Source of the DNA: Vulcanimicrobiota bacterium
GTDB lineage: Bacteria; Vulcanimicrobiota; Vulcanimicrobiia; Vulcanimicrobiales; Vulcanimicrobiaceae
Reading direction: 5' to 3'
Length of the DNA: 64,000 nucleotides
Assembly: GCA_963818845.1 (NCBI GenBank)
Contig: CAWFTO010000002.1
Span: 468,016 to 532,015, forward strand
Below the pieces are notes generated by a model, which did no database searches, was not told where the DNA came from, and saw only the letters and a program-made list of their open reading frames with translations. This document shows positions 57,469 to 64,000 of the stretch, piece by piece. A program made the position numbers and the translations under genes. Positions within the stretch are counted from its first letter, which is position 1. Every line of letters begins with the position of its first letter.

Positions 57469-57690
57469 GTGAAAGACGACCAATCCCTCCTCGATATCGA
57501 GCCGGAAGCGCTGCGAGCGGCCGAGTTCATGCAGGCGCAGGAGCTCCTGACCGGGATGGTGGGCCGGCGCATCGTCAGCGCGCAGCTCGAGGAGACGCGC
57601 ATCGCCATCGAGACCGACGACGGCTCGATCTACTACTTCTACGGCTTCATGGGCGAGGACCAGGCCGGCGGCGGCGACGAGGAAAGCTAA
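57469..57690 (+). CDS. Small acidic hypothetical protein
   Basis: AGGA before GTG 57469; 73 aa; fills the gap between genes. Confidence 0.55.
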   Translation: MKDDQSLLDIEPEALRAAEFMQAQELLTGMVGRRIVSAQLEETRIAIETDDGSIYYFYGFMGEDQAGGGDEES

Positions 57691-58943
57691 GCCGCCTCTC
57701 CGCGCATGACCGCGTCCGCCGCGAGGACCGCGCCGAGCGCCGCGTGCTCGGCGGTGACGCCGCCCTGCACGTAGACCTCGTACGGCTCCCGCAGCGGCGC
57801 GTCGCAGGACAGCTCGATCGTCGCGCCCGCGACGAACGAGCCGCTCGACATGACGACCGGGTCGACGTATCCCGGCACGGGCCCCGGCTCGGGCGCGAAG
57901 CGGGCGTTGACGGGCATCGCGCGCTGGAGTCCCCGCGCGAAGGCCAGCAGCCGCGCCGGTGAGCCCAGGCGGATCGCCTGCACGATGTCGGTTCGGAACC
58001 CGCCGGGAGCCGGATCGACCGCGAAGCCGAGCTCGGCGAAGAGCGCGGCGGTGAAGTCGAGGCCGCGCAGCGCCTCGCCGACGACGAGCGGCGCGTAGAA
58101 CAGCCCTTGCACGAGCGCGCGCCCGAACCCGAGCGTCGGCCCGAGCGCGGCGCCGAGGCCGGGCGCAAAGACGCGCGCCGCGATGCGCTCGATCGCGGCG
58201 GCGCTGCCGGCAACGTATCCGCCCGCCGGCGCGAGGCCGCCGCCGACGTTCTTGATGAGCGAGCCCGCGATGACGTCGGCGCCCGCTTCGAGCGGCTCGC
58301 GCTCCTCGACCAGCTCGCCGTAGCAGTTGTCGACGAGCACGACGGCGTCGGGGTACCCTGCGCGGACCGCCGCGACGGCATCGGCGATCGCGTCGATCGA
58401 CAGCGAGCGGCGCACCGCATAGCCGCGCGACCGCTGCACGAACACGACGGCCGGGCGATGCTCGCGCGCCGCCGCACGCAGCGCGTCGAGGTCCGTGTCG
58501 CCGGCCGCGGTGCGCGCGACCTCGGCGTACCGCACGCCGCGCGACGTCAACGCGAACGGTGCGGTCGCGATCGCGTGGCGCAGCGTATCGTACGGCGCGC
58601 CGTTGGCGGCGAGCAGCGTCGAGCCGGGCGGCGCGAGCGCGTCGAGCGACGCGACGATCGCGTGCGTGCCGCTGACGATCGACAGCCGCGCGAGCACGCG
58701 CTCCGCGCGGAACACGCGCGCGAGCAGCGACTCGTAGCGCTCGCGCGCCGTGTCGTCGTAGCCGTAGCCGCTCGTCCCCGCAAGGTCGCTCTCCGCGATC
58801 CCTTCGTCGGCGAACGCGCGGAGCACGCGCGCGCGCACGGCGAAGGAGCGCGGGTCGCGCACATCCAGCCGCGCGGACGCGCGCTCCGCCGCTTCACGCA
58901 CGCGCGGTGTGACGTCGAATCCCTCGAGCAGCGCGCCGATCAT
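57687..58943 (-). CDS. Methionine gamma-lyase family / aluminium-resistance (YnbB-like) PLP enzyme
   Basis: GTSGYGYDD, SGTHAI, PYDTL, QRSRGY, VDNCYGELVE, GSLIKNVGGGLAP.GGY, YVQGG. Confidence 0.92.
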   Translation of the reverse strand: MIGALLEGFDVTPRVREAAERASARLDVRDPRSFAVRARVLRAFADEGIAESDLAGTSGYGYDDTARERYESLLARVFRAERVLARLSIVSGTHAIVASLDALAPPGSTLLAANGAPYDTLRHAIATAPFALTSRGVRYAEVARTAAGDTDLDALRAAAREHRPAVVFVQRSRGYAVRRSLSIDAIADAVAAVRAGYPDAVVLVDNCYGELVEEREPLEAGADVIAGSLIKNVGGGLAPAGGYVAGSAAAIERIAARVFAPGLGAALGPTLGFGRALVQGLFYAPLVVGEALRGLDFTAALFAELGFAVDPAPGGFRTDIVQAIRLGSPARLLAFARGLQRAMPVNARFAPEPGPVPGYVDPVVMSSGSFVAGATIELSCDAPLREPYEVYVQGGVTAEHAALGAVLAADAVMRGEAA

Positions 58944-60202
58944 GCCGCCGCCGCGCCGCGGGCTTCGCGCGCAGCTTCCGTGCGTTCGTACACGCGCACG
59001 AACGGCAGCCAGATTGCGGCCGCGAGCGCGAGGTTGACGAGCATCAGCACGCACGCGCGCCAGTCCAGCGTCGTGAGAAACGCGTTCACCAGCGACGGCA
59101 GCGTCGACGGCGAGTAGAACAGCGGGCGCGCGACGAGGCCGGTCGCCATCGCGGCGTAGGTCGTGCACGCGAGCACGAACGGCGCGAGCACGAACGGAAC
59201 GGCCAAGACCGGATTGTACGCGACGGGAAGACCGAAGATGACCGGCTCGTTGAGGTTGAAGAGCGACGGCACCAGCGCGGCGTAGGCCGTCGTGCGCAAG
59301 CGCCGCACGCGGCTGCGCAGCAGCAGCACGACGAGCGGCAGCGTCGCGCCGGCGCCGCCCGGAAAGACGAAGAGGAACGTCGACACCACGACGACGTGCG
59401 GAATCGTCTCGTGCCGTCCGAAGGCGGCACTGTTCTGCATCTGCAGCGCCAGGTACACCGGGAAGACGATCGCCGCGAGCAGCGCGGGGCCATGGATGCC
59501 GACCAGCCAGAGCATCGCCTCGATCACCGTGATCACCGCGAGCGCCGCGAAGCTGTCGCCAAGGGTGGACAGCGGCGCGAGCGCGGCTGCGAGGGCGCTC
59601 GCGGGCGAAAGCTGCAACGCGAACAGCGCGGCGCTCAGCGCGACGATCGCTGCGGCGCCGGCGGCCGTGCCGGCGCGCGCGCCGAGCCGGCGGCGACCGA
59701 CGGCCGTCGCGCCCGCCACCGCGAGCGCCACGATGATCGCCGTGAAGACACCGCTCACGCCGAGCGTGCGCGCGAATCCATCGAACGACGCGAAGGCAGC
59801 GCGCGGCAGCGCGAGCAGGAACGCGACGCACGACGCGGCGACGACCGGGACGGCGGGAAATCGCAGCTCACGTGCGAGGCGGATCGACAGGACGACCACC
59901 ATCGCCAGCGACGCGAGCGCGAACGCCGCGGGCAGGAACGCGACGAGCGCTTTGAACGCGGGCCCCCACCCGGCGAACGGCCGTGACGCGAGCGCTACGC
60001 CGAGCCGGACCGCCAGCGCGAGCAGTGCGACGCCGAACGCGACGGGCAGCGATGCCTGCAGCGCGCGCACCGCCGGGGAGCCGGAGATCCGGTGGGCCAG
60101 CGGAGCCGCCGCGCGCTCGAAGCGCGCGACGAGCCCGTCGCCGGCGGGTCCGTCCTCAGAGCCTTCTGATGACGGCCTCGACTCGGCCCACGATGGTGAC
60201 AT
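58940..60202 (-). CDS. PTS EIIC component (lactose/cellobiose family)
   Basis: LWLVGIHG, GGAGATL, PSLFNLNEPVIFGLPVAYNP, WLPFVRVYER. Start uncertain. Confidence 0.85.
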   Translation of the reverse strand: MSPSWAESRPSSEGSEDGPAGDGLVARFERAAAPLAHRISGSPAVRALQASLPVAFGVALLALAVRLGVALASRPFAGWGPAFKALVAFLPAAFALASLAMVVVLSIRLARELRFPAVPVVAASCVAFLLALPRAAFASFDGFARTLGVSGVFTAIIVALAVAGATAVGRRRLGARAGTAAGAAAIVALSAALFALQLSPASALAAALAPLSTLGDSFAALAVITVIEAMLWLVGIHGPALLAAIVFPVYLALQMQNSAAFGRHETIPHVVVVSTFLFVFPGGAGATLPLVVLLLRSRVRRLRTTAYAALVPSLFNLNEPVIFGLPVAYNPVLAVPFVLAPFVLACTTYAAMATGLVARPLFYSPSTLPSLVNAFLTTLDWRACVLMLVNLALAAAIWLPFVRVYERTEAAREARGAAAA

Positions 60203-60773
60203 CGTCGGCGTAGATTGGCGCCATCGCCGCGTTCTCCGGCTGCAGCCGCACGCGGCCCGACTCGCGGTAGAACCGCTTGACGGTCGCCTCTCCGTCGATC
60301 ATCGCGACGACGATCTCGCCGTTCGTCGCGGTCGGCCGCGGTTCCACGACGATCAGGTCGCCGTCCAGGATCGCCGCGTCGATCATCGAGTCGCCCTTGA
60401 CGCGCAGCATGAAGCCACCGGAGCGAGGCACCCACGAGGCGGGGAGCACGAACTGCTCCTCGAGGTTCTCCGTCGCCGTGATCGGCACGCCGGCCGCGAC
60501 GCGGCCGAGCAGCGGCAACGTCGCCGATTCGACCCGCTCCGGCTCGTCGTCCGACCTCGAAGCGACGAGCGCGCGCGGCTTCGTCGGGTCGCGCCGCAGC
60601 AGGCCGCGGCGCTCGAGCGTCTTGAGGTGCGACTGCACCGTCGACGAGGACGACAGACCCACGCGCTCGCCGATCTCCCGGACCGACGGCGGGTAGCCGT
60701 GCTCGCTGGAAAAGGCGCGGATCACATCCAGGATCCGCTGCTGCTTCTCGGTCGTGGCCCGTTCGGCCATCAT
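60156..60773 (-). CDS. lexA: SOS repressor LexA
   Basis: HGYPPSVREIG, cleavage site VAAGVP, GDSM, DGEATVKRF. Confidence 0.96.
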   Translation of the reverse strand: MMAERATTEKQQRILDVIRAFSSEHGYPPSVREIGERVGLSSSSTVQSHLKTLERRGLLRRDPTKPRALVASRSDDEPERVESATLPLLGRVAAGVPITATENLEEQFVLPASWVPRSGGFMLRVKGDSMIDAAILDGDLIVVEPRPTATNGEIVVAMIDGEATVKRFYRESGRVRLQPENAAMAPIYADDVTIVGRVEAVIRRL

Positions 60774-60880
60774 CCCTCCTAGAATGCCACCCAGTAGGCA
60801 CAGCGCCTTGCGACGCTCTGCACGACGGCCAAAGCCGCCGCATCGATTGGGGCCATCCTAGCACAGATGCTTGCACGAGG

Positions 60881-60894
60881 CAAACATACGTTCG
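60881..60894. promoter_or_regulatory. Near-consensus SOS box
   Basis: CAAAC-ATAC-GTTCG, one mismatch to CGAAC-N4-GTTCG, between the divergent lexA and LysM promoters. Confidence 0.6.
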
Positions 60895-60900
60895 AACCCA

Positions 60901-60929
60901 TTGACCGGAACGCCCGGCCTTGGTACCAT
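60901..60929 (+). promoter_or_regulatory. sigma70 promoter of the LysM gene
   Basis: TTGACC-N17-TACCAT with extended TG. Confidence 0.7.
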
Positions 60930-60937
60930 ATGGTGGA

Positions 60938-60951
60938 CGAACGAGCGTTCG
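60938..60951. promoter_or_regulatory. SOS box (Gram-positive type)
   Basis: Perfect CGAAC-GAGC-GTTCG at the predicted transcription start of the LysM gene. Confidence 0.85.
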
Positions 60952-60980
60952 GCCCAATATCTAGGGGAGATCGCACAGCA

Positions 60981-61262
60981 ATGTACCGCACGAAGCGCAA
61001 ACCGACCCTGATGCCGCTGGTGGCGCTCGGCGCCCTCAGCCTGGCGGTCACCCTGCCCGCGCTCTCGAGCACCGTCCACGCGGCGCCGCCGGTATCGTAC
61101 GGCACCGTCACGGTGCACCGCGGCGACACGCTCTGGTCGCTGGCCGAGCGCAGGACGCCGGCGTCCGGCGACGTCCAGGCGACGGTCGACCAGATCATCG
61201 CGACGAACCACCTCGCCGGCGCGAACCTTACCGCGGGCCAGAAGCTCCGCGTGCCGCGATGA
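60981..61262 (+). CDS. LysM-domain protein, YneA-like SOS cell-division inhibitor
   Basis: N-terminal TM, VTVHRGDTLWSLA...NLTAGQKLRVP LysM; divergent from lexA behind SOS boxes. Confidence 0.85.
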   Translation: MYRTKRKPTLMPLVALGALSLAVTLPALSSTVHAAPPVSYGTVTVHRGDTLWSLAERRTPASGDVQATVDQIIATNHLAGANLTAGQKLRVPR

Positions 61263-61438
61263 AAGCGCTCTAACCCCGCGCGCCAAGCGCGCCACCCACC
61301 GTGCCTCCGACGCCGACGCCCGCCTAACCGCGGGCGTCGTCGTCTTCCCCCTCGCCGCATCGTCGTCTGCCCTCATGCCAGGCGCGAGCGCAGCGACGCG
61401 CCCGCGGCACGATGCCGCGCGTCCTGGTGCTGCCCGGA

Positions 61439-61583
61439 GGGGCGGGGGTGGGGCATGGGCCTCCGGCGGTACTCGCGGAGTCGCGGAGGCCCGGAGGGCC
61501 GAGAGCGACGGAGAGGTAGCGACCGGAGCGCAGGATGCGCGCAGGGAGCGTGCCGCCGGAGGCCCATGCCCCGCCCCCGCCCC
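61439..61583. repeat. Palindromic element with 31-bp terminal inverted repeats (1 mismatch) and GGA-loop inner hairpins
   Basis: 61439-61469 versus 61553-61583; inner GCCC-GGA-GGGC and GCGCA-GGA-TGCGC. Confidence 0.82.
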
Positions 61584-61620
61584 GAGCCACGGCGCGCGCC
61601 CGGCCCGGCCCGACCGCCCC

Positions 61621-61657
61621 AAAACGAAGAGCGCCCCGGCCGAAGCCGAGGCGCTCT
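61621..61657 (-). terminator. Intrinsic terminator of the TonB-dependent receptor gene
   Basis: AGAGCGCC...GGCGCTCT stem followed by TCGTTTT on the minus strand. Confidence 0.75.
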
Positions 61658-61680
61658 GTCTGTTCAGAACGTACGGAGGT

Positions 61681-64000
61681 CTAGATCTTGATCCGCGCCT
61701 CGAAGTACATGTTGAACGGGAATCCGGGGAAGGTCGGATCGTACGGCGACCGCAGGAACGGCTGGACGTTGTCGCCGGGGTTGTACACGTTGCCGACAGG
61801 GCTTGGGCCTGCGCCCGCACCCGGCGTGAGCGCGTAGCCGCACGCGTTGTTGACGGCCCACGGAACCTTCGTACCGCCGAAGCAGTGGTTGATGAGGTTC
61901 GCGAAGTTGCCGACGAGCGTGACGCGCTTGTTGAGGTCGTACGTCACCTGCGTGTGCAGCGCGATGTTGTTCGGCGCCGTGAAGGCACCGATGCTATCGA
62001 ACCGGTTCGTGTAGATGTTCGGGATAGCGATCGCGGCCCCGCAGCCGATCGCGTCGTACGGCGATCTGCCGGCGCTGCCGTAGCGGATAGCGCGGATCAC
62101 GCCGTCGTAGAGCCCGGCAGAATCGGCGACACGGCAACGCCACCGCCGCGTCCAAGAACGTGTTGCACCCGGACGGATCGATGCCCGGGTTCGACAAGCG
62201 GCACGCCGTACTTCACGCCGCCGGAGAACTGGAGCGCCGGCGTGACCGCGAGCGGACCATGCTTGTACTGCACGATTGCGGTCGCAACGTGCGGAGCGCC
62301 GTACGCCGTCACCCCAGCAGATTCGATGCCGCCCGGGAACGTGTCGTACGTCGCGTACTTGCCGTTCGGGTCCAGCAGGGGCTGGATCGGCGCGTTGTAG
62401 TACGGGTTTGCGACGAACCGCCGGGCAGCCGCGGCGGCGCAGCGCCGCCGGGTCGTGCCCGTGGTTCCCGTTCGTAGTCGACGACGCCGGCCGTGTAGCA
62501 CGGCGAACCGCCGCCCGCCTTCGTGAAGGCGTTGTACTGCGCTGATTCCCTGGTTGATGCCCGACACGACCGAGATGCCGTTGAAGGGCTTGTACTGGAT
62601 GTAGCTGTTCGTGTAGGTGTACGTCAGCCGCCCGGCCCAGCCGTTGCGCGAGAAGTCACCCTTGTCGAGTTCGAACTCGAGGCCTTGCGACGTCTGCGAA
62701 CCGACGTTGACGCCGGACACGAAGTTCGTCTTCTGGTCGAGGTAGAACTGCTGAATCTGATCCTGCGTCTTGCGCAGGAACGGCGTCAGCTTGATCGAGG
62801 TGTCGCGGTTGAACTGGTGCTCCAGCGAGAAGTCGTAGTTGTTCGCGACCGACGGCCGAATCGCGTGAGCGGGCGTGTTGAAGCCCGTGATCTTCACGAA
62901 GTTGACCAAGCCTGACGGCGCTTCTTGCTGCAGGAAGTTGTACTGCTCGAAAGCGCTGTTCGGAGCCTGGGCGTAGCGGCCGTAGCTCGCACGCACGACG
63001 GTCGTCGGATTGACCGTGTACGTGAGCCCCAGACGCGGCTCGAGTTCGCTGTACGACTCGACCTGCCCGGAGGAGTTGATCTGCTGCAGCGTCGGGAACT
63101 GCGTGTTCCAGGCGTTGTAGAGGAACGTGCGAGCCGCCGACCCGAGCGTGCTCGATCCGTCGAACGTGAAGCTGTCCTCGCGCAGGCCGAGATCGATGCT
63201 CAGCTTGTCGGTCGGCTTCCACTGGTCGCTGATCGACCACGAGCTGAATTTCGGCACGACGGTGTTGTACGTCGCGTACTGGCCGTTGCCGACGACGAGG
63301 TATTGGCACGGTCCGCCGCCGCAGGTCGTGCCTGCGGCCGGATATATGCACGCCGCGCCCAGGCCCGCGGCCTGTTGTAGCGTGAAGGATCCGCCGGTCG
63401 GCGTGGCCGCGTTTAGGCGTTAAAGCTCGAACCGCTGCCGTTGTAGCACGGGCACGGTTGCACCGGCGAAGCTATAGCAGACGCCGTTGTACGGATTGCT
63501 GCCGTTGACGAGAAGACCGACCGTCGTGCGGAAGTTCCCGCTGTTCGGTCCGTACGCGCCGTTGACGTACTGCGTGTTATTGTCGCGCAGCGTCGTCGCG
63601 GTCGTGTACGAGCCCTGGATCGTCAGCAGGTGCTGTGACGTGATCTGGTCGGTGAACTGCGCGCTCACGCCACGCGTGTGGCTCTCGAGCTCGTAGTCAC
63701 CGGGCACGTATCCGAGGTAGTTGAAATCGTTGGACTGCGGCCCCGTCTGCAGCCAGTCCGAGTAGTACGTGTAGCCGTACACGCGCAGGAACGCGTTCGT
63801 TCCGAAGTTGCGCTGGTACTGGAGCTTGAGGATCGACTGGTCGTTCGTGAATGCATCGCGGCGATCGGGATCGATCGCCGAGTACATCGGACGGCCGTTG
63901 GGCGATTGCGGAAAGAGGTACGTCGAAGTACCGCCGCCCGTAAACGTCGCCGGCAGGACCGTACCGGGCGTCAGGCTCGACTGGTATCCGTCGAGATACG
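61681..64000 (-). CDS. TonB-dependent outer-membrane receptor, 5'-partial, several frame breaks
   Basis: Beta-barrel strands (SISDQWKPTDKLSIDLGLRED, EPRLGLTY, VRASYGRY, NYDFSLEHQF, GLEFEL, LTYTYTNS) and terminal FNMYFEARIKI, spread over ORFs 63420..63887, 62097..63257 and 61681..62100. Confidence 0.85.

Noticed and set aside
44-63856. Many long Arg/Ala/Pro-rich ORFs overlapping real genes (e.g. 1752..3902, 30914..33529, 32722..35841, 48590..50932)
   Set aside because: Shadow ORFs expected at very high GC; no motifs, and they overlap well-supported genes in other frames.

Overview
Very GC-rich bacterial chromosomal segment with about 60 genes. I found no rRNA, tRNA, CRISPR array or transposase. 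Gene content (TonB-dependent receptor, Firmicutes-like synteny secDF-apt-rel, coaX-dusB-greA-lysS and lexA-LysM, and a GAAC-N4-GTTC SOS box) suggests a diderm Terrabacteria lineage such as Eremiobacterota/Vulcanimicrobiota; this is inference only. Housekeeping genes: rel, apt, secDF, fur, metF, rplM-rpsI, truA, lysS, greA, dusB, coaX, coaBC, lexA. Main points of interest: (1) a miniaturised, highly diverged flagellar-type export/basal-body operon (20.1-35.8 kb, flgB-like to flhA) with no fliG, fliJ, flgD, hook, filament or motor genes, an apparent FliF-FliG(M) fusion and a very short FliK-like protein; (2) a split PigE/TamH-like module (class III aminotransferase, START-domain protein, acyl-ACP-reductase-like enzyme and a distant paralogue) that could make long-chain amines; (3) palindromic repeat elements, two read in frame inside genes and two sitting directly after stop codons; (4) a HIRAN-RecQ-like helicase in the usual recJ position; (5) an orphan, compositionally atypical effector-like protein beside flhA and a 32-aa basic small ORF. 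At least eight unrelated genes, including truA, carry single-base frame breaks. These are most likely uncorrected sequencing indels, so pseudogene calls are withheld.
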